Assembly (NCBI GenBank): GCA_963770565.1
Contig: CAVYQE010000002.1
Coordinates: 656,672-720,671 of the forward strand
Direction of reading: 5' to 3'
Length of the DNA: 64,000 nt
Source of the DNA: an uncultured Actinomycetota bacterium
GTDB taxonomy: Bacteria > Actinomycetota > Actinomycetes > JAFAQI01
The notes under the pieces: generated by a model
Told to the model about the DNA's origin: nothing
Databases searched by the model: none
The model's input: the letters and a program-made list of their open reading frames with translations, nothing else
Program-made: the position numbers and the translations under genes
In this document: piece by piece, positions 1-9,712 of the stretch
Layout of the letters: each line of letters opens with the position of its first letter
Numbering within the stretch: position 1 is the first letter of the stretch

Positions 1-231
1 AGGCATGGCGATGCAGGCGACGCCTTTTGCGTCGGTGAACAGCTCATAGCCGGCATTCTCGGCGCGTTGCAGATTGCGATAGCGCCCCATGGCCTTGCGA
101 AGCGCGGTGAGCCCGGAGGTCTTGTGTGCGCCGGCCGGGCGGGATGAGCTGTGGGTGTAGGCCACCGCTGCCCCACCGGACAGCAGCAGGGCGGAGACGG
201 TGAGAGCGGCAATTGCGGTGCGACGAATCAT
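1..231 (-). CDS. Secreted hypothetical protein, N-terminal part (runs off the window start)
   Basis: Reverse translation gives MIRRTAIAALTVSALLLSGGAAVAYTHSS..., a signal-peptide-like N-terminus. GGAGGG lies 4 nt upstream of the ATG at 231. ATGA start/stop overlap with the neighbouring gene. Not in the ORF track because it has no stop inside the window. Confidence 0.4.
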   Translation of the reverse strand, partial: MIRRTAIAALTVSALLLSGGAAVAYTHSSSRPAGAHKTSGLTALRKAMGRYRNLQRAENAGYELFTDAKGVACIAMP

Positions 232-479
232 GATCCCTCCTGCACTTCGAGCACCTGATCGGCCACGAGGCCGTGCGCTTCGCGGTGGACCGCCGATGCG
301 GCCGCGGCGTTCGGCGCCTCGACGAGGCAGAAGACGTTGCCTTCGGCCTCGTTCACCCAGTAGCGCAGGTACTTCACGTCGTAGGCGTCCTGCGTCTGCA
401 GGTCGGCCTGATGAGCCTTGGCAACGTCGTCGACAGTGACACCATCGCCAAGTCGGTGAACATCCATGAACAACGGCAC
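228..479 (-). CDS. DUF4242-family small protein
   Basis: Sequence ...PLFMDVHRLGDGVTVDDVAKAHQADL...YLRYWVNEAEGNVFCLVEAPNAAAASAVHREAHGLVADQVLEV matches my recollection of DUF4242. The 5' end of the track ORF is probably over-extended; GTG/ATG start near 479/467. Confidence 0.55.
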   Translation of the reverse strand: MPLFMDVHRLGDGVTVDDVAKAHQADLQTQDAYDVKYLRYWVNEAEGNVFCLVEAPNAAAASAVHREAHGLVADQVLEVQEGS

Positions 480-662
480 GGGTTCTCCTCCGGTCTGATT
501 GGGACCGGGCAAACGTAGGTTCGGGCGGGTGCCGGGCACATCGGCGTCAGATGCCCAGATTTCACCCCCGGATACCTATAAATCGGCGCCGCCGAGCGCG
601 CGGCGATTCCGCCCGGGCCGGGTCCGTCTCGATCGGCAAAACTCTGCACCCCGAAGCGCTGT

Positions 663-3350
663 TTGCTCGCCTACGATCGCCTCGTGATCGGGGCTGGATG
701 CAGCGCCGCTGCAGGCTCCACATCGAGCGGATCGCGAGGCGGCGTCGTGCTGATCGAGCGAGAGGAGCACCTGGTCGCGCTGCGGCATGCCCATGACGAG
801 GTACGCGGTGGCGAGGACGGGCGGCTCATCCTCGTCGCCGGTGAGGCCGGTGCGGGCAAGAGCGCGCTGGTCCGTGCACTCGCCGAAGAACTGGATCCCG
901 GCACTGCGGTCCTTATCGGCCGTTGCGATGCCCTGTTTACGCCGGCGCCGCTCGGGCCGTTTCTCGACATCGTCAGCGAGCTCGGCAGCGAAGTGCAGGA
1001 ACTCGTCGGCGGAGGCGGCCGGCCCCACGAGGTCACATCCGGGTTGCTCGAGGCACTTGCAGCGAGGCCGTCCGTCCTTGTTCTCGAGGACTTGCATTGG
1101 GCCGACGAGGCCAGCCTCGACGTCCTCCGGATGATGGCCCGCCGCCTCGGTGGGACACCGGTTCTTGTCGTGGCCACCTACCGCGAAGACGAGCTCGGCC
1201 CGACCCATCCGCTCCGGCTGATCCTCGGGGACCTGGCCACCCAGCCCGACGTGACCCGCCTCGCGGTAGGCCCACTGTCGCGCGACGGCGTCGCCCAGCT
1301 GGTCGGTGCTCGCGGGTTGGACGTCGACGAGCTGCATCGCCGCACCGGCGGCAACGCGTTCTTTGTGACCGAGGTCATCGATGCCGGCGCCGGGCCGGTC
1401 CCGCTGACCATTCGCGACACCGTCCTGGCCCGGGTAGCTCGCCTCGACGAACCGGCGCGGGCCGTGCTCGACGCGGTCGCCGTCGTACCGCGGGATTGCG
1501 AATACTGGCTGCTGGAGGCGGTCGTACCAGGCCTCCGCGGACTCGACGAATGCCTAGCGGCGGGCATCCTGTCCGACGCGGGCGAGTCGGTCCGGTTCCG
1601 GCACGAGCTCGCCCGAATCACCGTGCACGACGCCGTGCCGCCGGTGCGCCGGCGCGCGTTGCATCAACTCGTGCTCGAAGCGTTGAGTGCGGCGCCGGCG
1701 CCAGATCCGGCCCGGCTGTCACACCACGCGCACGGGGCCGGCGATGCCCGCGCAACGTTGCGGTTCGCCCCGCAGGCGGCCGAGGCCGCGGCTCGGCACG
1801 GGTCGCACCGCGAGGCGGCCAGGCAGTATGCCCGGGCGATCGACGTTGCCGTGGTCGAGGACCCGTCGCTGCTCGGCGATCTGTACGACGGCCGGGCGTA
1901 CTCGTGCTACTTGACCGGGGACTTCCCCAGCGCGGTCGCCGCTCAACGGCAGGCAGTCGAGCACCACCGCGCGGCTGGCGACCGGCGGCGCCAGGGCGAC
2001 GCGGCCCGCGTGCTGTCCCTGCTGGTTCGGTACGAAGGCGACCTCGACGCCGCCTGGCAGATCGGCTTCGAGGCGGTCGAGGTGCTGAAGGGATTGCCCG
2101 CGAGCCGCGAGGCCGCGCTCGCGTATGCCAACCTGTCGCATCTCGCGACCAACGCTGAGGACGCGGACGCCTCGCGATCGTGGGCCAGCAGGGCACTGGA
2201 CGCCGCGGATCGCGCTGATGACGTCGAGGCGCACATCTACGCTGAGCTCAACCTGGCCAGCCTGGAAGCCCTCACGGGTGATCCGGCGGCATCGGGGCAT
2301 CTCGAGGACCTGCTCGCGCGCGCGAAGCAGAACGAGTTGGAAGAGCAGGCCGGGCGCTGTTACGTGAGCCTGGTCTGGTGGTCCTTCCGCGGCCGCCGGT
2401 ATGCCGAGGCCGACCGGTATGTCGAGGCCGGGCTCGCGTTCTGCGACGAGCGGGGTCTCGACTTGTGGCAGGCATATCTACTGGCCTACCAGGCCCGTTC
2501 GGCGCTCGACCGCGGGCGGTGGGATGACGCGGTCGCTTCTGCGACGACAATCCTGATGAACCCGCGGACCTCGCCGGTGCCACGGTCGTCGGCGCTCGCC
2601 GTTGTCGGGCTGGTGCGGGCGCGACGTGGTGAGCCCGACCCTTGGGCGCCGCTCGACGAGGCGTGGGAGTTGGTTCGTGAGTCGGGTGAACTCCAACGAA
2701 TCGAGCCGGTCGCCCTTGCCCGAGCCGAAGCGCTGTGGCTCGCTGGACGGTCTGACGAGATTCATGCCGCGACCGGCCTCGCCCTCGGCCTGGCGGTCGA
2801 CCGCGGTGTTCCGTGGATCGCGGGCGAGTTCATGCTTTGGCGCCGGCGAGCGGACGCAGCGACCGGCGGACCTGACGACCTTGCCGGAGACCTACCGGAG
2901 CCCTTCCGGAGCGAGCTCGACGGCGAGTGGCGGCGGGCGAGCGACCTGTGGCGAGATCTCGATGCGCCGTACGAGGCAGCGCTCGCCCTGGCGTCGTCCA
3001 CTGGCGAAGCCGACCTCCGGCAGGCTCTTGACGAGCTCCGAACGCTCGGCGCCGAGGCCGCGACGGCGATCACGGTGCGGCGGATGCGTGAACTTGGGTT
3101 GCGCGGGCTCCCGCGCGGACCCTACGCGGCAACAAGGAACAACCCTGCCCAGCTCACAGCTCGCGAGATCGAAACCCTAGGGCTCCTCGCGACCGGGCTT
3201 CGCAACCAGGAGATCGCGACGTCGCTGTTCATTTCGCAGCGCACGGTCGACCACCATGTCGCGGCGATCCTGCGCAAGCTCGACGTCCGCAACCGCGAGG
3301 ACGCGATCAAGAAGGCCGCGGACCTCGGCATTCTCGCCGAGGGCGGATAG
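663..3350 (+). CDS. LAL-type transcriptional regulator: N-terminal AAA ATPase with Walker A ([10 protein letters not shown]), C-terminal LuxR HTH
   Basis: 895-aa ORF. P-loop GEAGAGKS near the N-terminus. C-terminal [45 protein letters not shown] is a LuxR/GerE-type HTH. Exact start uncertain (possibly near 740). Confidence 0.85.
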   Translation: MLAYDRLVIGAGCSAAAGSTSSGSRGGVVLIEREEHLVALRHAHDEVRGGEDGRLILVAGEAGAGKSALVRALAEELDPGTAVLIGRCDALFTPAPLGPFLDIVSELGSEVQELVGGGGRPHEVTSGLLEALAARPSVLVLEDLHWADEASLDVLRMMARRLGGTPVLVVATYREDELGPTHPLRLILGDLATQPDVTRLAVGPLSRDGVAQLVGARGLDVDELHRRTGGNAFFVTEVIDAGAGPVPLTIRDTVLARVARLDEPARAVLDAVAVVPRDCEYWLLEAVVPGLRGLDECLAAGILSDAGESVRFRHELARITVHDAVPPVRRRALHQLVLEALSAAPAPDPARLSHHAHGAGDARATLRFAPQAAEAAARHGSHREAARQYARAIDVAVVEDPSLLGDLYDGRAYSCYLTGDFPSAVAAQRQAVEHHRAAGDRRRQGDAARVLSLLVRYEGDLDAAWQIGFEAVEVLKGLPASREAALAYANLSHLATNAEDADASRSWASRALDAADRADDVEAHIYAELNLASLEALTGDPAASGHLEDLLARAKQNELEEQAGRCYVSLVWWSFRGRRYAEADRYVEAGLAFCDERGLDLWQAYLLAYQARSALDRGRWDDAVASATTILMNPRTSPVPRSSALAVVGLVRARRGEPDPWAPLDEAWELVRESGELQRIEPVALARAEALWLAGRSDEIHAATGLALGLAVDRGVPWIAGEFMLWRRRADAATGGPDDLAGDLPEPFRSELDGEWRRASDLWRDLDAPYEAALALASSTGEADLRQALDELRTLGAEAATAITVRRMRELGLRGLPRGPYAATRNNPAQLTAREIETLGLLATGLRNQEIATSLFISQRTVDHHVAAILRKLDVRNREDAIKKAADLGILAEGG

Positions 3351-3417
3351 TCGCGATCACACCGCGACCAGCCCTCTCGGCCTGAGACCGAGAAGGCTGT
3401 TCGGGAAGTCAGGGTGG

Positions 3418-3445
3418 CCGGGTCCGACCGCGACCGCGGACCCGG
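3418..3445. terminator. GC-rich hairpin between convergent genes (putative bidirectional terminator)
   Basis: CCGGGTCCG (3418-3426), 10-nt loop, CGGACCCGG (3437-3445). Lies between the LuxR stop (3350) and the stop of the minus gene at 3489. No U-tract. Confidence 0.25.
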
Positions 3446-3488
3446 CAACCCTGTTCGCGCTGCGATGTCGTTCAGCGCGGGCTTGCGG

Positions 3489-3779
3489 CTAGGCAGTGGC
3501 AGGGGCGTGTGCCTGCGCGCGACCGCGAAGCCTGGCGGCGAGCTGCGCGACCACAACGCCGACCAACATCGCAGCCACCGCGATCAGCAGAATCGCCCAC
3601 GCACTGACTCCGGCGTTGGAAACGGTATGCACGACCGTCGGCGCTGAGTTGCCCGACGTGATGGCACGTCGAGCGCCCCGCGGCGGGAACGGGACATCCG
3701 CCAGAGCGATCTGGCTGGGCACCACGATCGCAGCGACCAACGTGGTCAGCAGAGCGGCTGCACGAGTGAAGCGAGACAT
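3489..3779 (-). CDS. Small membrane/secreted hypothetical protein
   Basis: MSRFTRAAALLTTLVAAIVVPSQIALA... N-terminal signal-like helix and a C-terminal TM (AWAILLIAVAAMLVGVVVAQLAA). GGAGG lies 7 nt upstream of the ATG at 3779. Upstream part of the track ORF is low-GC3 and probably non-coding. Confidence 0.4.
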   Translation of the reverse strand: MSRFTRAAALLTTLVAAIVVPSQIALADVPFPPRGARRAITSGNSAPTVVHTVSNAGVSAWAILLIAVAAMLVGVVVAQLAARLRGRAQAHAPATA

Positions 3780-3994
3780 TGCGAACCTCCGAGATAAGGG
3801 CAAACTTGCGGGCAGTCGAAAGCTAAGTCGCCCGCCCATGCGCCCACATCGGTGATGGCTACCTACATTTGCCGGGCCCTTACCCAGATCTCCGCCACGG
3901 CGCTAGCGGTCCACCATCGTGGCTCTCGCAGCAACCCACGGGTTGCGGTATGCCCGACACCGCTGCTCAGCAGTCGACCTTCACACCGAATCTG

Positions 3995-4067
3995 CGCGCT
4001 CGGAGGGATTCGAACCCCCAACCTCTTGATCCGTAGTCAAGTGCTCTATCCGTTGAGCTACGAGCGC
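3995..4067 (-). tRNA. tRNA-Arg (anticodon ACG)
   Basis: Reverse complement GCGCTCGTAGCTCAACGGATAGAGCACTTGACTACGGATCAAGAGGTTGGGGGTTCGAATCCCTCCGAGCGCG folds as a cloverleaf: 7-bp acceptor stem, GGTTCGAATCC T-arm, anticodon loop CTACGGA. CCA not encoded. Confidence 0.9.
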
Positions 4068-4415
4068 TGGGTGCCGACGTACCAGCCGCCGGACAACGAG
4101 CCAGGCTACCGGACTGAGTGCCGGTGTGGCCGAGCCTCAGCGCCGCTCGCTTCGGCGCCGGTCGCTGACCCCTGACTGACTCGCCGAACAGATCCGGCCG
4201 GGCGGTGTCGCGACACCCCGCTGATGATCCTCAACCTGCGCTGTAGGTCGCGACCGTGATCGGATCGCCGACCTCCCGGCCACGTAGGGTGGCGAAGAAA
4301 ACCTTTGCAGATCAAGAAAAAACTTGGTGTTGCTCTTTCAACACAACCAAACACCCCCTACTGTCGTCTGACTAGGCGTACGCACTTCCCCCTTCCGTTC
4401 CGACGAAAGCCTGAT

Positions 4416-5531
4416 ATGCCGCGCAACGAGTTCAACTGGACTCCGGCTGGCCGCTCCAAGGGCCGCGACCTCACCCGTCGCGGCCTGCTTGGTGCCGCCG
4501 CCGTGATCACTGGCGCCGGCATCGCCGACTTCCTGCACCGCTCGGCCACGCACAGCCCGGCGAAGGTGGCCGGCAACACCTCGCCGCAGCTCACCACGCA
4601 CACCGTGACCGGCAACGAGCCCCGCGTCGTACCGAGCAAGCTGTCGCGCTCGCACGCGGCGCCGACGCCCACGAGCCACGGCGACCCGCCCGCGCACCAC
4701 GGCCATGGCCACCACGGCGGCACGGTCCCCGACACGCACGGGCGGCCGGGCGAGATCGACCACCTGCGCACGCTCGATCGAGTTCAACTGCCACCGGCGA
4801 AGACCCGGGTGCGCACCAAGCCGGTTTTCTACATCGATGACCTGATCCACGACGCGCCCAAGCACGCGATCGCGCTCACGGTCGATGATGGCCCCGACCC
4901 CGAATACACCCCGAAGGTGCTCCGGCTGCTCGACAAGTACCGGATGCAGGCCTCGTTCTGCGTCGTCGGCGCGCACGCCGAGGCCTACCCCAAGCTGATT
5001 CGAGACATTCACCGGGCCGGTCATGTAATCGTCAACCACACCTTTACCCATGTGCAGCCGTTCAACCGGCAGTCCGAGAGCCGGATCGTCGGCGAGATCA
5101 CCCGGACTCAGCGCACGCTCGAGAAGGTCGCCAAGGTCACGCCGCAGCTGTTCCGCGCCCCGGGTGGCGCCTGGTCGCCGTTCATCTTCAAGGCGGTCGC
5201 GGCGTACGACCTGATCCCGCTCGACTGGGACGTCGACCCGGTCGACTGGTCGCTGCCGGGCACCCGCAAGATCGAGCGCGCCATGCTCCGAGGCCGGCCG
5301 AACGACATCGTGCTCTGCCACGACGGCGGCGGCAACCGCACCGAGACCGTCCGCGCGCTCCGCCACGTCTTGCCCGAGTGGAAGCACCGCGGCTACATCA
5401 CGATTCCGCTCATCGTGCCGTCGAAGGATCTCAACAACCCGCCGCCATCATCACCGCCGCCCACCCAGAGCCCGATCGTCACACCGTCGACGAACCCCTC
5501 CGACACCACCGGCGCCACACCGAGTCCGTAA
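4416..5531 (+). CDS. Secreted polysaccharide deacetylase (NodB homology domain) with Pro/Thr/Ser-rich C-terminal tail
   Basis: Tat-like RRGLLGAAAVITGAG. NodB motifs TVDDGPDP and HxxxH (NHTFTH). The track ORF starts at 4305, but the first 37 codons are AT-rich and non-coding-like; start taken at ATG 4416. Confidence 0.8.
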   Translation: MPRNEFNWTPAGRSKGRDLTRRGLLGAAAVITGAGIADFLHRSATHSPAKVAGNTSPQLTTHTVTGNEPRVVPSKLSRSHAAPTPTSHGDPPAHHGHGHHGGTVPDTHGRPGEIDHLRTLDRVQLPPAKTRVRTKPVFYIDDLIHDAPKHAIALTVDDGPDPEYTPKVLRLLDKYRMQASFCVVGAHAEAYPKLIRDIHRAGHVIVNHTFTHVQPFNRQSESRIVGEITRTQRTLEKVAKVTPQLFRAPGGAWSPFIFKAVAAYDLIPLDWDVDPVDWSLPGTRKIERAMLRGRPNDIVLCHDGGGNRTETVRALRHVLPEWKHRGYITIPLIVPSKDLNNPPPSSPPPTQSPIVTPSTNPSDTTGATPSP

Positions 5532-5541
5532 CCTTCCGCCT

Positions 5542-8145
5542 GTGGCGGCGGACAGCGACTCCGGCTTCAAGCCGCTTCACGACGATGTCCGCCGCCTCGG
5601 TGCTTTGCTCGGCCAGGTCGTCAGCGAGTTCGGCGGGCCCGATCTGTACGACGACGTCGAACGGCTCCGACGCGCGACCCGCGACGTCCGCCGCGACACC
5701 CCCGGCGCGATCGACCCGCAACAGCTCGTCGACGACCTCGACCTGGCCCAGGCCGAGCGGGTGGCCCGCGCCTTCACGGTCTTGTTCCACCTGGTCAACC
5801 TGGCTGAGGAGCGGCACCGGGTCAGGGTCCTGCGCAGCCGCGACCGCATCACCCTCGCGCCGGCCCGCGACTCGCTCGCCGGGGCGGTCGCTGAGCTGAC
5901 CCCGGACGTCTCCGCGGAAGCGCTCTTGGGCGTCGAGGTCCACCCGGTGCTGACCGCGCACCCGACCGAGGCCCGCCGCCGGGCCGTCGTTACCGCGCTG
6001 CACCGGATCGCCGCGGAGCTCGACCGCTTCGACGACCCGCGGCTCGGCGACAGCGAGCGAGCCGACGCCGACCGCCGGGTCCGCGAGGAGATCTCCACCC
6101 TCTGGCGGACCGCCCTGATCCGGTCAACCCGGCTTGACCCGCTCGATGAGGTCCGGGCCACGATGGCGGTCTTCGACGAGACGCTCTTCCGGCTCGCGCC
6201 GAGCCTCTACCGCGCGACCGCGCGGGCGTTGGGTGGCGACGGCACCGCGCCACCGCGCACCCCGGCGTACCTCGTCCTCGGCTCCTGGGTCGGCGGCGAC
6301 CGCGACGGCAACCCGCACGTCACGGCCGAGGTGACCCGCCAGGCGGTCGAGATCCAGGCCGACCACGTCCTGCGGGCGTTGGAGAACGCCGCAGATCGGA
6401 TCGGGCGCAGCCTCAGCCAGGCCGCCGACATGACCCCGCCAAGTCCGGCCCTCGCGGCCGCGCTCGACGACGACGCGAGGGCGCACCCCAAGGCCACCGC
6501 CGGGGTGGCCAGGGCGGCGGGCGGCCAGCCGCACCGGCAGAAGGTGCTGTTCGCCGCGGCCCGGATCCGCGCGACCCGGTTGCGCGACGTCGACCTCGCC
6601 TATCGTTCGCCCGCCGAACTGCTCGACGACCTCAGGCTCGTACAGGCCTCGCTCGACGCCGCGGGCGCGAGCCGCAGCGCGTACGGCGAGCTGCAGAATC
6701 TCACTTGGCAGGTGGAAACGTTCGGGTTCCACCTCGCCGAGCTCGAGATTCGCCAGCACAGTGAGGTGCACGCGGCCGCGCTGCGCGACCTCGACGCGCA
6801 CGGTGGCGAACCGGCCGAGGACATGACCCGCGAGGTGCTCGAGACGCTGCGCGCAATGGCAGCGCTGCAGGAGCGCTGGGGCGAGCGCGCCTGCCACCGT
6901 TACGTCGTCAGCTTCTGCGCCTCCGCCGCCGACATCGAGGCTGTCCCGCGGCTCGCCAGGCACGCGCTCGGGGAGCGCGTCGACCGGCTCGCGCTCACCG
7001 TCGTACCGCTGTTCGAGACCGGCGAGGACCTGCGGCGCTGCACCAGCATCCTCGATGAATGGGTCGCCGCGAACGGCCGGCCCGAGCAGCTGGAGGTGAT
7101 GCTCGGCTACTCCGACTCCGCCAAGGACGTCGGGCCGCTGTCGGCGAACCTCCTGCTGTACGACGCGCAAGCACGGCTCGCCGACTGGGCCCGGCAGCAC
7201 GGCGTCGCGCTCACGCTCTTCCATGGCCGCGGCGGCTCACTTGGGCGCGGCGGTGGGCCGGTCAACCGTGCGATCCTGGCCCAGCCGCCGGGCAGCGTGG
7301 CCGGCCGGTTCAAGGTGACAGAGCAGGGTGAGGTCGTCTTCGCCCGATACGGCAACCCGCGGATCGCCGAGCGCCACCTCGAACAGGTGACGGCCGCGGT
7401 CCTGCTCGCCGACACTCCGGCGGTCAGCGCGGCAATCTCTCGGGCCGCGGTCCGGTTTGCCGACCTCGGGCGGGTGATGGAGGAAGCCAGCCGGCTCGCA
7501 TACCGCGACCTGGTCGAAACCGACGGCTTCGCCGACTTCTTCGCCCGGGTCAGTCCGCTCGAGGAGCTCTCCGATCTTGCGCTTGGCTCGCGTCCGGCCC
7601 GTCGCGGCGGCGGCTCATCGGGCCGGGGTCGCACGCTCGCCGACCTGCGGGCGATCCCGTGGGTGTTCGCCTGGTCGCAGACCCGCTGCAACCTGACCGG
7701 CTGGTACGGCCTCGGCAGCGGGCTCGCGGCCGCTCCTGACGTCGACGAGTTGCAGACGGCGTACCGGGAATGGCCGCTGTTCACCGCGCTGATCGACAAC
7801 GTCGAGATGTCGCTCGCGAAGACCGACCGGGTCGTCGCCGAGCGCTACCTCGCCCTCGGCGACCGGCCCGACCTCACCGCGCGGATCCTCGCCGAGCTCG
7901 ACCGCACGACCGACCTGGTGCTGACCGTGCTCGGCACCGGCCGGCTGCTCGAACGCCGGCACATCTTGGCGGCGGCGGTCGACCTGCGCAACCCGTACGT
8001 CGACGCGCTCTCGCACCTCCAGCTGCGCGCGCTCCGCGCGCTACGCGGCCATGACTACGCCGACGCGGGCGAGGAGGAGCGGCTGCGCAAGCTGCTTCTG
8101 CTCAGCGTCAACGGCGTCGCGGCCGGCCTGCAGAACACCGGCTAA
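5542..8145 (+). CDS. ppc: Phosphoenolpyruvate carboxylase
   Basis: 867 aa with canonical PEPC motifs VLTAHPTE, GYSDSAKDVG, FHGRGGSLGRGGGP and C-terminal ...NTG. Confidence 0.95.
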   Translation: MAADSDSGFKPLHDDVRRLGALLGQVVSEFGGPDLYDDVERLRRATRDVRRDTPGAIDPQQLVDDLDLAQAERVARAFTVLFHLVNLAEERHRVRVLRSRDRITLAPARDSLAGAVAELTPDVSAEALLGVEVHPVLTAHPTEARRRAVVTALHRIAAELDRFDDPRLGDSERADADRRVREEISTLWRTALIRSTRLDPLDEVRATMAVFDETLFRLAPSLYRATARALGGDGTAPPRTPAYLVLGSWVGGDRDGNPHVTAEVTRQAVEIQADHVLRALENAADRIGRSLSQAADMTPPSPALAAALDDDARAHPKATAGVARAAGGQPHRQKVLFAAARIRATRLRDVDLAYRSPAELLDDLRLVQASLDAAGASRSAYGELQNLTWQVETFGFHLAELEIRQHSEVHAAALRDLDAHGGEPAEDMTREVLETLRAMAALQERWGERACHRYVVSFCASAADIEAVPRLARHALGERVDRLALTVVPLFETGEDLRRCTSILDEWVAANGRPEQLEVMLGYSDSAKDVGPLSANLLLYDAQARLADWARQHGVALTLFHGRGGSLGRGGGPVNRAILAQPPGSVAGRFKVTEQGEVVFARYGNPRIAERHLEQVTAAVLLADTPAVSAAISRAAVRFADLGRVMEEASRLAYRDLVETDGFADFFARVSPLEELSDLALGSRPARRGGGSSGRGRTLADLRAIPWVFAWSQTRCNLTGWYGLGSGLAAAPDVDELQTAYREWPLFTALIDNVEMSLAKTDRVVAERYLALGDRPDLTARILAELDRTTDLVLTVLGTGRLLERRHILAAAVDLRNPYVDALSHLQLRALRALRGHDYADAGEEERLRKLLLLSVNGVAAGLQNTG

Positions 8146-8187
8146 GGGCGGCATCCAACCCGACCGGCCCATCGGGCTGGCGCCGTA

Positions 8188-8272
8188 CCAAGCAATGTCA
8201 CATTGCCCCGGGAAACCCGGGGGCAATGTGACACCACCCCCTCAAAGTGCAGGGCAATGTCACATTGCTTGG
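8188..8272. repeat. Family-1 composite palindromic element, copy A
   Basis: CCAAGCAATGTCACATTGCCCCGGGAAACCCGGGGGCAATGTGACACCACCCCCTCAAAGTGCAGGGCAATGTCACATTGCTTGG. Three GCAATGTSACATTGC-like cores; the outer two form a 22-bp terminal inverted repeat. Sits between the convergent 3' ends of ppc and the 8276..9505 gene. Same element at 28291 and 34916. Confidence 0.8.
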
Positions 8273-8275
8273 CTG

Positions 8276-9505
8276 CTAGCAGGCGGGGACGCGGGGCAGG
8301 GCGTCGGGCCGGCGCAGGGTGGCAACGCCATACCGCACCAGCGGGGCCGAGACCTTGTGCCACGAGCTACCGCCGAGGTTTTCGGCGAGCGGCACAAAGG
8401 GGGTCGGGTGCGCCACACCGCACTCACCGTTGCGCGACCACTGACCCACGGCCGCGCCGCCAGCACTCGACACGCTGATCGCGTTCAGCTGCGAGTCATG
8501 GCCCGGCGAGGCCGCGTGCCCGTTTCGCCACTTTCCGCCGCTGTAGACCAGGACGTACGCCGAGCTCACGGTGCCCGTCTTCGCGCTGCTAGTGCCGGCG
8601 AGGTAGGCATGAGAGCCGGATGCCGACAGGGCCGAGGTCTGCGCGTAATAGCCCGGCGAGGCGACCTTGACCCGTGACCACTTCTTGCCGTTCCAGTGCT
8701 CGGTGAACGGCTGGGGGTGCAGGGTCGTCGTGCCCACCGAGATCGATCCGGCCACCCAGGTGTTCTTCGAGGAGGTGGTCGCGATCCGGTTGACCGACGC
8801 GCCGGACGGCAGCGTGAGCTGCATCACCTTGAACTTGTGACCGTTCCAGAACGTGACCACAACGCCCTTGACGTCAGTGCCGAGGATCCACACGTTCTTC
8901 GCGCTCGAGGTGCTGACCGCGCTGTCGTTGAACCCGGTCTGCTTGGTGTCCTTCAGCACAGCCCACTTGTGACCGTTCCAGTGCGCGATCAACGGGGTCG
9001 ACGTTGGCAGCCCGTCACCGACCGCCCAGGCATTCGACGCCGACGAGGCCGACACCGAGAGGAACTGGCCCTGCCCGATCGAGGTCTTCTCCGGCTTGAA
9101 GCCGCCGCCCGTGGAGTGCTCGATCAGGGTCGTGTCCGATGTACCGCCGAAGACGTCGCCGACGATCCAGGCCGAATGCGGCGATCCGGCCGCGACGTCG
9201 AACAGCTGGTCGCTCGTGACAGGGCTCGGCAGCTTCACGGTCACCTTCGACCAGTGCGAGCCGGATCGGCGCAGCGCGTACGGCGTCGACCCCGCGTTGG
9301 TCGACTGCATGCCAAGGGCGAACGCAGTGGTGGAGTGCGGCGCGACCGACACCGCGCTCAGCGATGCGGTCGTTATCTTGGCATTCGAGTGGGCCGCCGG
9401 GTGGCGGGTGGCACCGGACGCCGCGGAGCCGCTAGCGACCGCAGCCACGACGAGGCCTGACGCGATCGAAACGAGGGCAGCCCGACGGGCCAGCGAAGTC
9501 AGCAT
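8276..9505 (-). CDS. Secreted repeat protein (beta-propeller-like)
   Basis: Signal peptide MLTSLARRAALVSIASGLVVAAVASGSAAS. Roughly 45-50 aa periodic repeats with HWNGHKW / FWNGHKF / EHWNGKKW / NAWAVGD / NVWILGTD / NTWVAGS signatures. Family assignment uncertain. Confidence 0.55.
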   Translation of the reverse strand: MLTSLARRAALVSIASGLVVAAVASGSAASGATRHPAAHSNAKITTASLSAVSVAPHSTTAFALGMQSTNAGSTPYALRRSGSHWSKVTVKLPSPVTSDQLFDVAAGSPHSAWIVGDVFGGTSDTTLIEHSTGGGFKPEKTSIGQGQFLSVSASSASNAWAVGDGLPTSTPLIAHWNGHKWAVLKDTKQTGFNDSAVSTSSAKNVWILGTDVKGVVVTFWNGHKFKVMQLTLPSGASVNRIATTSSKNTWVAGSISVGTTTLHPQPFTEHWNGKKWSRVKVASPGYYAQTSALSASGSHAYLAGTSSAKTGTVSSAYVLVYSGGKWRNGHAASPGHDSQLNAISVSSAGGAAVGQWSRNGECGVAHPTPFVPLAENLGGSSWHKVSAPLVRYGVATLRRPDALPRVPAC

Positions 9506-9612
9506 GCGGAGGACCCTAGTGCAACGCTTAGCGGCCCTGCAGGCGATCCGCCAGACCAGCCCGAATCACCACTCCGCACCGACCTCATGCAGCGTGAAAC
9601 GTGCCGCGTGGG

Positions 9613-9635
9613 CCAAGCAATGTCACATTGCTTGG
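9613..9635. repeat. Solo 23-bp perfect palindrome of family 1 (CCAAGCAATGTCACATTGCTTGG)
   Basis: Equals the left and right terminal inverted repeats of the 85-bp family-1 element fused without the internal part. Lies 110 bp upstream of the start of gene 8276..9505 and 21 bp from the island attR-like repeat. Confidence 0.8.
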
Positions 9636-9653
9636 GCGACGGGGTGGGGCGTG

Positions 9654-9712
9654 GCCGAGGCTCCGGGATTTGAACCCGGGATGGGCGCGAACCCAAACCG
9701 CATTAGCAGTGC
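9654..9712 (-). repeat. Duplicated 3' portion of tRNA-Ser(GCU) (attR-like partial tRNA)
   Basis: 9657..9712 is identical over 56 bp to 26632..26687 (59 bp with one mismatch if extended to 9654/26629). The copy covers the anticodon stem through the T-arm and acceptor 3' strand of the tRNA at 26630..26718, in the same orientation. Confidence 0.85.

Noticed and set aside
923-2158. 411-aa Arg/Pro-rich ORF in another frame over the LuxR regulator gene, and the minus-strand ORFs 576..1337, 1618..2196 and 1719..2300
   Set aside because: Low-complexity Arg/Pro/Gly composition typical of off-frame translation of high-GC coding DNA. Fully embedded in a well-supported 895-aa gene.
3852-4175. 107-aa plus-strand ORF
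   Set aside because: Runs straight through tRNA-Arg(ACG); translation artefact.
8051-8677. ORFs spanning family-1 repeats (also 28077..28385, 34395..35105, 34763..34993, 9499..9696), giving peptides such as AMSHCPG...GNVTPP...GQCHIAW
   Set aside because: The recurring peptide motifs are just the palindromic repeat translated in different frames; the loci are intergenic.
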